NCBI GenBank assembly: GCA_030645735.1
Contig: JAUSNP010000005.1
Span: 8,151-72,150 of the forward strand
From: Candidatus Moraniibacteriota bacterium
GTDB lineage: Bacteria; Patescibacteriota; Minisyncoccia; Moranbacterales; UBA2206
DNA length: 64,000 nt
Direction: 5' to 3'
The notes below the pieces were generated by a model. That model had not been told where the DNA came from and did no database searches. It worked only from the letters and a program-made list of their open reading frames with translations. The position numbers and the translations under genes are program-made. Positions 28,970 through 39,119 of the stretch are shown here, piece by piece (within the stretch, counting starts at the first letter, position 1; every line of letters begins with the position of its first letter).

Positions 28970-29000
28970 TTAAACATAGACATTAGATCGAAATACGCAT

Positions 29001-29417
29001 ATGTTGATGCCAAAAAAAGTAAAACATAGAAAGGTTCAAAGAGGCGGAAGAATCCGTGGCAACTCTAATCGTGGAAATGATGTGAGTTTCGGAAGCTTTG
29101 GACTGAAAGCAATGGAGACAGGACTCATTTCTGCTCGTCAGATTGAATCAGCTCGAAGAGCGATGACCAGATATGTACAACGTGGTGGCAAGATTTGGAT
29201 CAGGATTTTCCCGGACAAATCAATCACTAAGAAAGGTTCTGAAGTTCCCATGGGTAAAGGAAAGGGAACAGTGGATCATTTCGTAGCTGTTGTGCGACCA
29301 GGGCGAATTTTGTTTGAAATGGACGGTGTGAAAGAAGATATTGCCAAGAAAGCTATGGAATTGGCAGCTTACAAGTTGTGTGTAAAATCAAAGTTTGTAT
29401 CTAAAGAAAACGAATAA
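29001..29417 (+). CDS. rplP: 50S ribosomal protein L16
   Basis: 138 aa. Confidence 0.9.
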   Translation: MLMPKKVKHRKVQRGGRIRGNSNRGNDVSFGSFGLKAMETGLISARQIESARRAMTRYVQRGGKIWIRIFPDKSITKKGSEVPMGKGKGTVDHFVAVVRPGRILFEMDGVKEDIAKKAMELAAYKLCVKSKFVSKENE

Positions 29418-29454
29418 TTAAATCGCGAATTCGCGAAAGAGATAAACTGCATAT

Positions 29455-29640
29455 ATGAAAATAAAGGAAATTAGAGAAAAGAATATTGAAGAATTAAAGA
29501 AGCTTTTAGCTGAGAAAAGAGAGCTCGTGCGAAAGCTCAGATTTGATATTGCAGCCAAACAAGTTAAGAATATCCGAGATATCCGAAATAGCAAACGAGA
29601 CATTTCAAGAATTTTAACTATTCTTAAAGAAACTAAATAA
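29455..29640 (+). CDS. rpmC: 50S ribosomal protein L29
   Basis: 61 aa. Confidence 0.85.
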   Translation: MKIKEIREKNIEELKKLLAEKRELVRKLRFDIAAKQVKNIRDIRNSKRDISRILTILKETK

Positions 29641-29644
29641 TACA

Positions 29645-29893
29645 ATGGAAAAGAATTTAGAAAAAGCTAAAATAATTATCAAGAAAAAAGGCATTGTCAT
29701 CAGCGACAAAATGGCCAAGACTGTTGTAGTGGCTGTGGAAAGCTTGAAGACTCATTCAAAATATAAGAAGAAATACAAGTCAACCAAGAAATATAAGGCG
29801 CATGACGAAGAAGGGAAATACAAGGTTGGCGACGCAGTTGAGATCATCCCATGTAAACCAATGAGTAAGGATAAACGATATAAAGTAGTCTAA
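29645..29893 (+). CDS. rpsQ: 30S ribosomal protein S17
   Basis: 82 aa. Confidence 0.85.
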   Translation: MEKNLEKAKIIIKKKGIVISDKMAKTVVVAVESLKTHSKYKKKYKSTKKYKAHDEEGKYKVGDAVEIIPCKPMSKDKRYKVV

Positions 29894-29897
29894 ATAT

Positions 29898-30263
29898 ATG
29901 ATACAAGCAGAATCAAAAGTAAAATCAGCTGACAACTCTGGAGCAAAGGTTATTGAATGCTTCAAGGTTCTTGGTGGATCAAAAAAACGATATGCTCAGA
30001 TTGGTGACATCTTTGTGGCGTCTATCAAATCAGCTGAACCTCGTGGAATGGTGAAAAAAGGAGACAAGGTTCGCGCAGTTTTGGTGAGACAAGTCAAGGC
30101 GCTTCGCCGAAAAGATGGAACTTACATCCGATTTGATGAAAATGCCGCTGTGATTTTGGATGGCAAAGAGCCAAAAGGAACTCGTATCTTTGGACCAATT
30201 GCCAGAGAAATTCGAGAAAAAGGATTCAGCAAAATTGTTTCTTTAGCCCCGGAAGTATTATAG
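29898..30263 (+). CDS. rplN: 50S ribosomal protein L14
   Basis: 121 aa. Confidence 0.9.
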   Translation: MIQAESKVKSADNSGAKVIECFKVLGGSKKRYAQIGDIFVASIKSAEPRGMVKKGDKVRAVLVRQVKALRRKDGTYIRFDENAAVILDGKEPKGTRIFGPIAREIREKGFSKIVSLAPEVL

Positions 30264-30294
30264 TATTTAAAAAAAGGACACCTAAAACATTTTT

Positions 30295-30600
30295 ATGAAG
30301 ATAAAGAAAAACGATCAAGTTAAAATATTAGCTGGCAAAGACCGAGGAAAAACGGGCAAGGTTTTGCGAGTGCTTGCGACTGAAGATAAGATTATTGTAG
30401 AAGGTTTGAATATCGTGAAAAAGCATGTTAAGGCGAGAAAAGAAGGCGAGAGCGGACAACGCATCGAACTTCCAGGCAAGATCAATGTTTCCAACACGAT
30501 GTTAGTTTGTCCTAAATGTGGAAAAGCAACTCGAATTGGATATAAAATAACTGGCAAAGACAAGATGCGAATTTGTAAACAATGTAAAGCTGAATTATAA
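30295..30600 (+). CDS. rplX: 50S ribosomal protein L24 (KOW, C-terminal zinc ribbon)
   Basis: 101 aa; CPKCG...CKQCK. Confidence 0.85.
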   Translation: MKIKKNDQVKILAGKDRGKTGKVLRVLATEDKIIVEGLNIVKKHVKARKEGESGQRIELPGKINVSNTMLVCPKCGKATRIGYKITGKDKMRICKQCKAEL

Positions 30601-30607
30601 GAAAAAT

Positions 30608-31156
30608 ATGTATAAATCAATCAAGGAAAAATATAATACTGAAGTTGTAGCTGAGATGAAAAAACAATTCGGTTTCAAAAGTACTTTGCAAGTGCCAAGA
30701 ATCGAAAAGGTTGTCATTAATGTTGGAATTGGAAAGTTTATCAAGGATTCAGCCCTGGTTGAAGATGTGAAAAAAACTATGATTGTGATTGCTGGCCAAA
30801 AACCAGTTATGACTCAAGCTAAGAAGTCTGTCGCTGGATTCAAGATTCGAGAAGGTCAAGAAGTTGGAATCAAGGTTACATTGCGAGGCAAACGAAAGTG
30901 GGCTTTCATTGAAAAATTGGTAAATTCTGCCATTCCTCGAGTGCGCGATTTCCAAGGAATCAAAGAATCAGCCGTGGATGCAAGTGGTAATTTCAATTTA
31001 GGAATCAAAGAGCATACAATTTTTCCAGAAATTTTGGCAGAAAATGTAAAAAACATTGTTGGATTCCAAATCAATATCACCACGACTGCTAAGAATCATA
31101 AAGAAGGATTGGAATTGTTCAGAACGTTGGGTTTCCCATTGGTAAAGAAAAATTAA
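30608..31156 (+). CDS. rplE: 50S ribosomal protein L5
   Basis: 182 aa. Confidence 0.9.
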   Translation: MYKSIKEKYNTEVVAEMKKQFGFKSTLQVPRIEKVVINVGIGKFIKDSALVEDVKKTMIVIAGQKPVMTQAKKSVAGFKIREGQEVGIKVTLRGKRKWAFIEKLVNSAIPRVRDFQGIKESAVDASGNFNLGIKEHTIFPEILAENVKNIVGFQINITTTAKNHKEGLELFRTLGFPLVKKN

Positions 31157-31198
31157 ATTTGATAATAGAGAAAAATTAGAATTAAGTTTTAAAATAAT

Positions 31199-31384
31199 AT
31201 GGCAAAAAAATCTGTTGAAGCTAGAGCTCGAAAAACACCAAAATTTTCAACTCGGAAAGTCCTTCGCTGTTGGAGATGCGGTCGAAAGCATGGATATATG
31301 CGAGCATTTGATATTTGCAGAATCTGCTTTCGAGAATTAGCAAGTACAGGTCAAATTCCAGGAGTAAAGAAATCTAGTTGGTAA
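31199..31384 (+). CDS. rpsZ: 30S ribosomal protein S14 type Z (zinc-binding)
   Basis: 61 aa; CWRCGRKHG...CRICFRE. Confidence 0.85.
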   Translation: MAKKSVEARARKTPKFSTRKVLRCWRCGRKHGYMRAFDICRICFRELASTGQIPGVKKSSW

Positions 31385-31504
31385 ATTATAAATGTTAATC
31401 GTTATCAGCCAATAATATTAGTTGAATAGTTGGCAGCCCGCTTCGACTCGATTAGACAATCAAGTCGAATCGAGGCGAGTGAACCAATAACTAATCGAAA
31501 AATT

Positions 31505-31909
31505 ATGTTAGATCCTATAGCAGAAATGTTAACTCGAATACGAAACGCTCAAATGGCAGGGCATAAGGATGTTGTTATTTCAGCGTCTAAATTGAAATTG
31601 GCTATCGCTGATATTCTTAAGAAAGAAGGTTTTGTAGCGTCTGTTTCGAAAGAAAAACTCGAAGTTCTTGAGAACATCAAGATTGAATTGAAATATCACC
31701 GAACATCAAATACTCAGAAACTTCCAGCCATCAAGGAAATTAAAAGAGTTAGTAAGGAAGGTCAAAGAATTTATGTAAAGAATAAGGAAATCCGATCAGT
31801 TAAGAACAATTTTGGAATCTCAATCATCTCAACTCCAAAGGGTGTGATGACTGGTTTTGAAGCCAAGAAAGCTGGTTTGGGTGGAGAAGTCATTTGTGAA
31901 ATTTGTTAA
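31505..31909 (+). CDS. rpsH: 30S ribosomal protein S8
   Basis: S8 begins MLDPIAEMLTRIRNAQ; the ORF-track start at 31430 is upstream and non-homologous. Confidence 0.85.
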   Translation: MLDPIAEMLTRIRNAQMAGHKDVVISASKLKLAIADILKKEGFVASVSKEKLEVLENIKIELKYHRTSNTQKLPAIKEIKRVSKEGQRIYVKNKEIRSVKNNFGISIISTPKGVMTGFEAKKAGLGGEVICEIC

Positions 31910-31954
31910 TTAATAGAGTAGAATACTTAAGACTAATAAGACGCATCAAAATAT

Positions 31955-32494
31955 ATGAGTAGAATTGGTAAAAAAATTATAACCATCCCAGAAGGAGTTA
32001 CCGTAACTCTTAATCAAGATATGCTTGAGGTTAAAGGACCAAAAGGTACTCTTAGTTTTGTGCATCACAAAGAAGTTTCTTTGGAAATTGGTGAAAAGGA
32101 AATCTCAGTTAAGAATGTAGGTAAAACAAAGAAAGCTCCAGCTATTTGGGGTTTGACTCGCGCACTGATTAGCAATATGATTGATGGCGTGAAAGAATCT
32201 TATGTTAAGAAATTGGAATTGCAAGGCGTTGGATATCGTATGGCAGTAGCTGGCAAAAAAATTAATATGGCCTTGGGTTTTTCCCATCCAGTGAATGTTG
32301 ATGTTCCAGAAGGCTTGGAAGCTAAGATTGAAGAAGGTGTTCTGGTGATTTCCGGTATTGACAAGCAATCTGTTGGACAATTTGCTGCTGAAATCAAAAG
32401 ATTGAAACCAGTCGAGCCATATAAGGGCAAGGGATTTAGATATGTTGGTGAACAAGTGCGAAGAAAAGCTGGTAAGAAAGCTGCTTCAAAATAA
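31955..32494 (+). CDS. rplF: 50S ribosomal protein L6
   Basis: 179 aa. Confidence 0.9.
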   Translation: MSRIGKKIITIPEGVTVTLNQDMLEVKGPKGTLSFVHHKEVSLEIGEKEISVKNVGKTKKAPAIWGLTRALISNMIDGVKESYVKKLELQGVGYRMAVAGKKINMALGFSHPVNVDVPEGLEAKIEEGVLVISGIDKQSVGQFAAEIKRLKPVEPYKGKGFRYVGEQVRRKAGKKAASK

Positions 32495-32550
32495 AACTTG
32501 AATAAGACACATAAGACTTAATAAGACACATTTTAAAGAGCATAAGCTAT

Positions 32551-32898
32551 ATGAAAAAACTAAGTAGAAATCAAACAAGATTACATAGAAAGAAAAGAAT
32601 CCGAGCTAAGATCTCTGGAAGCTCTGAAATGCCAAGATTGGCTATTTTTAGAAGTCTTCGCAATGTTTCTATTCAAGTGATTGATGATATTTCAGGCAAG
32701 ACTCTTGTGTCGGCTAATCTTCTGGATTCGAAAGCTAAAAACACCGTAGATGGCGCTAAGGAATTGGGTAAATCTGTAGCGGAAAAATGTAAAGCTTTGA
32801 AAATTGAAAGTATTGTTTTCGATAGATCTGGCTACAAGTATCACGGAAAGATTAAGGCGGTAGCTGATGGGGCACGCGAGGCTGGACTTAAATTCTAA
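32551..32898 (+). CDS. rplR: 50S ribosomal protein L18
   Basis: 115 aa. Confidence 0.85.
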   Translation: MKKLSRNQTRLHRKKRIRAKISGSSEMPRLAIFRSLRNVSIQVIDDISGKTLVSANLLDSKAKNTVDGAKELGKSVAEKCKALKIESIVFDRSGYKYHGKIKAVADGAREAGLKF

Positions 32899-32955
32899 TC
32901 TCATTTTAATTAGACGAATAGTACTAATAAGACGAATTTATAAAATATAAGGCAT

Positions 32956-33468
32956 ATGGGACGAGACAACAAAAATTTTAGAGGAAAAAAGGAAAAGCCT
33001 GAATTCGATCAGAAGCTTCTTGATTTGGCTCGCGTAACTCGCGTAGTTAAAGGTGGACGACGATTTAGATTCAGAGCAACTTTAGTTATTGGCAACAGAA
33101 AAGGCAAGGTTGGCGTGGGCGTTGGCAAAGGAGCAGATGTTTCTGATGCTATCAAAAAGGCTTTTGAAGATGCTAAGAAGAGCATGATTGTGGTCAAGAT
33201 CACTAAAGGAACAATCGCGCATGATATCAATTTTAAATCTAGAAGTGCTAAGATTATTTTGAAACCAGCGGTGGAAGGACGTGGAATTATTGCTGGTGGT
33301 GCCGTTCGATCAGTTGTTGAATTTGCTGGAATCAAAGATATTGTTTCTAAATCACTTGGAACAGCTAATAAATTGAGTGTGGCTCGCGCTACAGTTGAAG
33401 CGTTAGCAACCCTAAACCAAGCTCGAACTAGAAAAGAAAGAATCAATCCGGAAGTGAGCGCTAAGTAA
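32956..33468 (+). CDS. rpsE: 30S ribosomal protein S5
   Basis: 170 aa. Confidence 0.9.
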   Translation: MGRDNKNFRGKKEKPEFDQKLLDLARVTRVVKGGRRFRFRATLVIGNRKGKVGVGVGKGADVSDAIKKAFEDAKKSMIVVKITKGTIAHDINFKSRSAKIILKPAVEGRGIIAGGAVRSVVEFAGIKDIVSKSLGTANKLSVARATVEALATLNQARTRKERINPEVSAK

Positions 33469-33500
33469 TCAACAGCTTTTAAAAAAGTTTATTCAAATAT

Positions 33501-33938
33501 ATGCAGATAAATACGCTAAAAATTAAGACCCCCAAGCAAAAAAGAAAGACTATTGGTCGTGGTGGAAGAAAGGGGACTTATTGTGGAAAAGGAAATAAGG
33601 GTCAAAAAGCGCGAAGTGGTTGCAAAATCAATCCGTTGTTTGAAGGCGGTCGCTCAACTTTGGTTGATCACATGAAGAAAAAGCGTGGATTTACTTCACT
33701 AGCTAAAACTGTTAAAACTATTGATATTGCTGAATTGGAAAAGAACTTCAAAAGCGGCGAAATGGTGAGTATTGAGACCTTGGCCAACAAGAATTTGATC
33801 AGAAAAATCCAGACCTCTGCTAAAGTAAAACTCCTTGGAAACTCAGAATTGACAGTCAAATTGACCATTGCAGCTGGAATCTTGCTCAGCGCGTCTGCAA
33901 AGAGCGCCGTTGAGGCAGCTGGTGGAAAAGTAGAATAA
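33501..33938 (+). CDS. rplO: 50S ribosomal protein L15
   Basis: 145 aa; no L30 gene between S5 and L15. Confidence 0.9.
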   Translation: MQINTLKIKTPKQKRKTIGRGGRKGTYCGKGNKGQKARSGCKINPLFEGGRSTLVDHMKKKRGFTSLAKTVKTIDIAELEKNFKSGEMVSIETLANKNLIRKIQTSAKVKLLGNSELTVKLTIAAGILLSASAKSAVEAAGGKVE

Positions 33939-34019
33939 TCTTCGATAATAGTGTATTATAAAAGGGTGGCGCAAGCCCCCTTTTATTGTTAAAATCTTAA
34001 TAATTAGTCTATTAAAAAT

Positions 34020-35291
34020 ATGCTGGAAAAAATAACACAGATTTTTAGGGTTAAAGAATTACGCAATAAGATCTTATTCATCATTGGAATTTTAATTATT
34101 TTTCGTTTAATTGCAACCATTCCTGTACCAGGAGTTGATCAAGAACAATTAAAAAACTTTTTTAGTAGCAATCAGTTCTTCGGGCTATTGAATCTTTTCT
34201 CGGGTGGCGGACTCAGTAGTATTTCAATTGTTATGTTGGGTGTCGGTCCATACATCACCGCTTCAATCATCATGCAACTTTTGACGATGATTGTTCCATC
34301 ACTAGAACAAATTTACAAAGAAGAGGGTGAGGCTGGTCGACAAAAATTCAATCAATGGACTCGTTGGGCAACTGTGCCTTTGGCAGCTTTGCAAACTTTT
34401 GGAATGATTTCACTTTTGCGCTCACAAAATATTTTGGGTGCAGTTTCAAGTTTTGAAATGTTTTCTATTATCACCGTGGCAATCGCTGGAACAATTTTGC
34501 TGATGTGGTTGGGGGAGCTTATCACAGAAAAGAAAATTGGTAACGGTGTTTCTCTGATCATCTTTGCGGGAATCGTAGCTGGTTTGCCAGCGAGCCTTTC
34601 TCAAATTTCAGCGACTTTTGATTCATCCCAACTCTTCACTTATATTATTTTAGGTGCAGTTATTATTGCAGCTATTTTTGGGGTGGTTATTATGACCGAA
34701 GGCCAAAGAAATATTCCAGTTTCCTATGCTAAAAGAATTCGGGGTAACAAAATGTTTGGTGGGTCTTCGACTCATTTGCCATTGCGTGTCAATCAAGCGG
34801 GGGTGATTCCAATCATCTTTGCTATGTCAATTATGTTGTTTCCCGGTATGATTGCCAATTTTTTGGCGACTGCTTCCAATCCGACGGTGGCGAGTATTGC
34901 TAAGAGTGTCGGCAACATTTTTCAAAATCAACTTTTCTATGGTTCAGCCTACTTTGTGTTGGTAGTGGCTTTCACTTATTTCTACACCGCGGTAGTTTTT
35001 GATCCACACAAAATTTCTGAAAGTTTGCAAAAACAAGGTGGTTACATTCCAGGCATTCGACCAGGAAAAACCACCGCGGAATATCTATACAAAATTATCA
35101 ATCGCACAACTTTGTCAGGTGCCATCTTTTTGGGCACCATCGCAGTTTTGCCATTTGTCATTCAAGGCTTCACAAATATGAAATCAATCTCCATTGGCGG
35201 AACTGGTCTTTTGATTGTTGTTTCAGTAGTCATTGAAACAGTGAAACAAATTGAAGGACAGTTGGTGATGAGGGACTATGAAGGATTTTAA
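34020..35291 (+). CDS. secY: preprotein translocase SecY
   Basis: 423 aa, 10 TM helices, SecY signature. Confidence 0.95.
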   Translation: MLEKITQIFRVKELRNKILFIIGILIIFRLIATIPVPGVDQEQLKNFFSSNQFFGLLNLFSGGGLSSISIVMLGVGPYITASIIMQLLTMIVPSLEQIYKEEGEAGRQKFNQWTRWATVPLAALQTFGMISLLRSQNILGAVSSFEMFSIITVAIAGTILLMWLGELITEKKIGNGVSLIIFAGIVAGLPASLSQISATFDSSQLFTYIILGAVIIAAIFGVVIMTEGQRNIPVSYAKRIRGNKMFGGSSTHLPLRVNQAGVIPIIFAMSIMLFPGMIANFLATASNPTVASIAKSVGNIFQNQLFYGSAYFVLVVAFTYFYTAVVFDPHKISESLQKQGGYIPGIRPGKTTAEYLYKIINRTTLSGAIFLGTIAVLPFVIQGFTNMKSISIGGTGLLIVVSVVIETVKQIEGQLVMRDYEGF

Positions 35292-35356
35292 TCGCGAAAC
35301 GTAAAACGCATAACGCATAACGCGATTTGCGTTCCACGTTCCATGTTCAACGTTAA
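35289..35356 (+). repeat. intergenic heptamer tandem-repeat array (family member A)
   Basis: aatcgcgaaacgtaaaacgcATAACGCATAACGCgatttgcgTTCCACGTTCCATGTTCAACG, then 7 nt, then the adk ATG. Confidence 0.7.
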
Positions 35357-36007
35357 ATGAATATTATCATCTTAGGACAACAAGGCAGTGGCAAAGGAAC
35401 TCAGGCTGAGTTTTTAGCTAAAGAAATGAGTTTGATCCATATCGACATGGGCAAGACTTTGCGTGAGGTTGCAAAACTGGACACACCGTTAGGACGAGAG
35501 ATATATGATATCCAAAATGTCACCAAAACTCTTGTGCCAAGCCGAATTTTGCGTGAGGTTTTGCATTTTAAGCTTGGGTCAATCCCTAGCGAGCAGGGTA
35601 TTGTTTTCGATGGTGTTCCAAGAACAATGGATCAATCTGAATATATGGAAGAAGCTTTGCAAGAGTTTGGCAGAAAAATTAACGCGGTCTTTTTTATAAA
35701 TATTTCTGAGGCAGAATCAATTAAGCGAATTTCTAAGCGTTGGATATGTAAGGATTGCAAAAGCGTTTTTATTATGGGAAAAGATGTTAAGGATGAAAAA
35801 GAGAAATGTCCAAAATGTGGAGCAGAAATAACACAACGAAATGACGACACAGTTTCTGGCATCAAAAAAAGACTGCAAGTTTTTGCAGAGGAAACAATGC
35901 CAGTGATAAACTATTATAAAGAACAGGGTGTCTTGGTGGAAATCAATGGTGAGCAGGAGATTGAAAAAGTTGCAGGAGAGATTATTAAAAATATAGAGCA
36001 AATATGA
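35357..36007 (+). CDS. adk: adenylate kinase (zinc-finger lid)
   Basis: 216 aa; GQQGSGKGTQ; CKDC...CPKCG. Confidence 0.95.
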   Translation: MNIIILGQQGSGKGTQAEFLAKEMSLIHIDMGKTLREVAKLDTPLGREIYDIQNVTKTLVPSRILREVLHFKLGSIPSEQGIVFDGVPRTMDQSEYMEEALQEFGRKINAVFFINISEAESIKRISKRWICKDCKSVFIMGKDVKDEKEKCPKCGAEITQRNDDTVSGIKKRLQVFAEETMPVINYYKEQGVLVEINGEQEIEKVAGEIIKNIEQI

Positions 36008-36768
36008 TTATAATTAAGACTCAGAAAGAAATAGACGCCATGCGGACGGGTGGGAAAATCCTAGCTTCGGTCATGGAAGAGCTTGGGCGTGTTGTGGCGC
36101 CAGGAAAGAATACTTTTGAAATAGATGCACTAGCGGAAAAATTGATTTTGGAGGCTGGTGGCACTCCAGTTTTCAAAGGTTATGGCAAAGAATCTGGCAA
36201 TCCATTTCCCGCTACAATTTGCGCTTCAATCAATGAGGAAATTGTGCATGGTATTCCTAGCAAAAAACGAGTTTTGCGCGAAGGTGATATTTTCAAAATC
36301 GACATTGGGATGCGCTTTGAGGGGATGATTACAGATATGGCGCGCACATATCCTGTGGGAAAAATTTCGGTGGAAGCGCAAAAAATTCTGGATGTGACGC
36401 GTGAATGTTTGAATGTAGGTATTGAAAAAATACAAGCTGGTAGAAAATTGAGTGACTATTCCGTGGCCGTGCAAAAATATGTGGAAGCGCAGGGTTTTTC
36501 CGTAGTGCGTGATTTAGTGGGACATGGTGTGGGCAAAGATTTGCATGAAGATCCGCATATTCCAAATTATAAATCTCAAGAAAAAGAAATAGTTTTGCAA
36601 TCTGGCATGACCTTGGCGTTGGAGCCGATGATTAATGTTGGAACATATAAAATAAAATTAGCTTCAGATAAATGGACCTATGTAACCGTGGACGGCAAGC
36701 TAAGTGCTCATTTCGAGGACACAGTCTTGGTAACTGAAGTCGGAGTAGAAATTTTAACGCGAAAATAA
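36004..36768 (+). CDS. map: methionine aminopeptidase type I
   Basis: 254 aa. Confidence 0.9.
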   Translation: MIIIKTQKEIDAMRTGGKILASVMEELGRVVAPGKNTFEIDALAEKLILEAGGTPVFKGYGKESGNPFPATICASINEEIVHGIPSKKRVLREGDIFKIDIGMRFEGMITDMARTYPVGKISVEAQKILDVTRECLNVGIEKIQAGRKLSDYSVAVQKYVEAQGFSVVRDLVGHGVGKDLHEDPHIPNYKSQEKEIVLQSGMTLALEPMINVGTYKIKLASDKWTYVTVDGKLSAHFEDTVLVTEVGVEILTRK

Positions 36769-36770
36769 TC

Positions 36771-37181
36771 ATGGAAGAAACATTGGAAACTGAGCATTTT
36801 TTGGGTCTGGATTATGGTAAAGCCAAGATTGGCTTAGCGGTGGCTGATTCAGAGGTGAAAATTGCCTTTGCGCACAGCACTCTGGACAATGACCGAAACG
36901 CTTTAGACAAAATCGGGGATATTATTGTGGCAGAAGCAGTTGGGGTTGTGGTCATTGGCAAGCCCAAAGAAACTGAGCAGTATAATTCTGTGAGTGTTTC
37001 CCGTTTCGCCTCGGAAATTTCGGAATCATTTCCATTGGTCAGGATAGAATTTGAAGATGAAATGTTCACGACTAAAATGGCTGAAGACAGATTGAAGGAA
37101 AAAGGCGCCAAAAAGATTAAAAATCTGGACAATCAAGAAGCAGCCAGGATAATTCTACAGAGCTGGTTGGATCGACAATAA
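36771..37181 (+). CDS. ruvX: Holliday-junction resolvase-like RuvX/YqgF
   Basis: 136 aa; LGLDYGKAKIGLAVAD. Confidence 0.8.
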   Translation: MEETLETEHFLGLDYGKAKIGLAVADSEVKIAFAHSTLDNDRNALDKIGDIIVAEAVGVVVIGKPKETEQYNSVSVSRFASEISESFPLVRIEFEDEMFTTKMAEDRLKEKGAKKIKNLDNQEAARIILQSWLDRQ

Positions 37182-37194
37182 AATGAATATTCCT

Positions 37195-37223
37195 GTAGAG
37201 ACGCCCCGACGGGGCGTCTCTAC
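37195..37223. terminator. perfect palindromic hairpin (terminator-like), element family P
   Basis: GTAGAGACGCCCCgacGGGGCGTCTCTAC followed by ttttg; a near-identical copy lies inside the hypE coding sequence at 47690-47718. Confidence 0.7.
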
Positions 37224-37296
37224 ATTTTGAATCTTGCTTTTTTGTGCTATAATTTACACAAATGCAGCAAGGCATAATCTATTAAGATACAGAAAA

Positions 37297-38055
37297 ATGG
37301 AAGAACAAAATAAACCATATTTGTCAGTTATAATCCCCGCCTATAACGAAGGCTCTCGTAAGGGTGAAGATTTGAAGAAGAATCTAGAAGAGATTGGTTT
37401 GCATTTGCGTGAAAAGGGTGTTAGTTATGAAGTAATTGTGGTGAATGATGGTTCAAAGGATGATACAACGGAGTTCGTTAGGGGCTTATCAGGCTTAGTT
37501 ACTAAACTTGAGGTAATTGATCGTAAAGAAAATCGCGGTAAATGGTATTCCGTGCGCGAAGGTTTGTTGAAAGCTAATGGTAAATTTAGACTTATGACAG
37601 ACGCAGATGGAGCAACCTCAATTATTAACTTGGAAAACTTTTGGCGCGAAATGGAAGCTGGTGAGCAAGTGATAATCGGCTCTCGGGATTTGAAAGAATC
37701 CAACATTCAAAAACATCAACCAAGGTGGAAAGAATTGATGGGCGATGCTGGTAATCTTCTCATTCAGTTTATGATGGGATTGCGTGGACTTGAGGATACG
37801 CAGTGTGGTTTCAAAATGCTTTCAGAAAAAGTTGTGCTGGATGTGGTGCCGCAAATGCAAGTTGATCGTTGGGGTGGAGATTTTGAAATGTTGATGCTGG
37901 CCAGAAAAATGGGCTATCATATCGTAGAAATTCCCGTAGTTTGGGAAGATGCCGGCCTGAGTCTAGTAGGTGCTAGTGGTTACGCAAATACCTTGAAAGA
38001 ACTTTTTCAAGTTAAATGGCGGATGATTATGGGAAAATATAAATATAAGAAGTAA
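37297..38055 (+). CDS. family 2 glycosyltransferase (dolichyl-phosphate mannosyltransferase-like)
   Basis: LSVIIPAYNEG; DGSKDDT; start moved to MEEQNKPYLS. Confidence 0.75.
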   Translation: MEEQNKPYLSVIIPAYNEGSRKGEDLKKNLEEIGLHLREKGVSYEVIVVNDGSKDDTTEFVRGLSGLVTKLEVIDRKENRGKWYSVREGLLKANGKFRLMTDADGATSIINLENFWREMEAGEQVIIGSRDLKESNIQKHQPRWKELMGDAGNLLIQFMMGLRGLEDTQCGFKMLSEKVVLDVVPQMQVDRWGGDFEMLMLARKMGYHIVEIPVVWEDAGLSLVGASGYANTLKELFQVKWRMIMGKYKYKK

Positions 38056-38088
38056 ATTTAGTTTATCGGCAGGATTTAAAATAAAAAA

Positions 38089-39108
38089 GTGGAGCAAAAT
38101 AAAAACAAGAAAAAAATACAATTGACGGAACTGCGCCAAGATTTGGTGACGGGCGACTGGGTGGTGATTGCCACTGGGCGCGCCAAGAGACCAGAGGAGT
38201 TTGCCTCAAGTCGCAGGACGCTCATAGAGGAGGATCAAAGTCATCCATGTTTTTTTTGTCATCCAGAAGAAACAGATCAGGAAAAAGATGTTTTGATTTA
38301 TGAAAAATCCAATGGTGATTGGAGCTTGCGAGTTTTTCCCAATAAATATCCATCTTTCGTGAGCGGACGAGCCCCGAAACATCTGGAAGAGGGTCCCTAT
38401 TTTGCGATGGATGGCACGGGCTATCATGAATTGATTGTGACACGCGATCACCATCGACAAATTGCGCAAATGAATTTTCTGGAAGTGGCTGAAATGATTG
38501 ATGCCTATCAAGAGCGCTATATCGATTTGATGAACAAAAAAAGCGTCAATTACATTGAAGTTTTTCACAATCATGGCAAGGAAGCCGGCGCATCAATTGC
38601 GCATCCACATTCACAGTTGATGGCTATTCCAGTGGTTTCACCATATGTAAAATCGGAACTGGATGGCGCAGAGATGTATCATAGAGCCAACAAGAGTTGC
38701 GTCTATTGCGCGATGATTGCTTGGGAAACTGAACATAAAAAAAGAATTGTTTTTGAAAATGATGATTTCGTGGCCTTCTGTCCTTTTTCATCTCGTGCAG
38801 CTTTTGAAGTTTGGGTTCTGCCGAAAAAACATAAGCCATATTTTGAAAGAACGGCCGACAAAGACAAGATGGCGCTGGCAGAAGTGTTACAAATTTCAAT
38901 TAACAAAGTCTACAAGGCGTTAGAAGATCCAGCCTACAATTTCTACATTCACACCTCGCCGTGTGATGGCAAGGATTATCCGCACTATCATTGGCACATT
39001 GAAATTATTCCGCGCACGGCTGTTTGGGCTGGCTTTGAACTTTCAACTGGCATTGAAGTTTCTTCAATACAACCAGAAATGGCCGCTGAGTATTTAAGAA
39101 AGACTTAA
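38089..39108 (+). CDS. galT: galactose-1-phosphate uridylyltransferase (HIT family)
   Basis: 339 aa; CFFCHPEE and HPHSQL motifs. Confidence 0.8.
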   Translation: MEQNKNKKKIQLTELRQDLVTGDWVVIATGRAKRPEEFASSRRTLIEEDQSHPCFFCHPEETDQEKDVLIYEKSNGDWSLRVFPNKYPSFVSGRAPKHLEEGPYFAMDGTGYHELIVTRDHHRQIAQMNFLEVAEMIDAYQERYIDLMNKKSVNYIEVFHNHGKEAGASIAHPHSQLMAIPVVSPYVKSELDGAEMYHRANKSCVYCAMIAWETEHKKRIVFENDDFVAFCPFSSRAAFEVWVLPKKHKPYFERTADKDKMALAEVLQISINKVYKALEDPAYNFYIHTSPCDGKDYPHYHWHIEIIPRTAVWAGFELSTGIEVSSIQPEMAAEYLRKT

Positions 39109-39119
39109 TTTCTTTAAGA

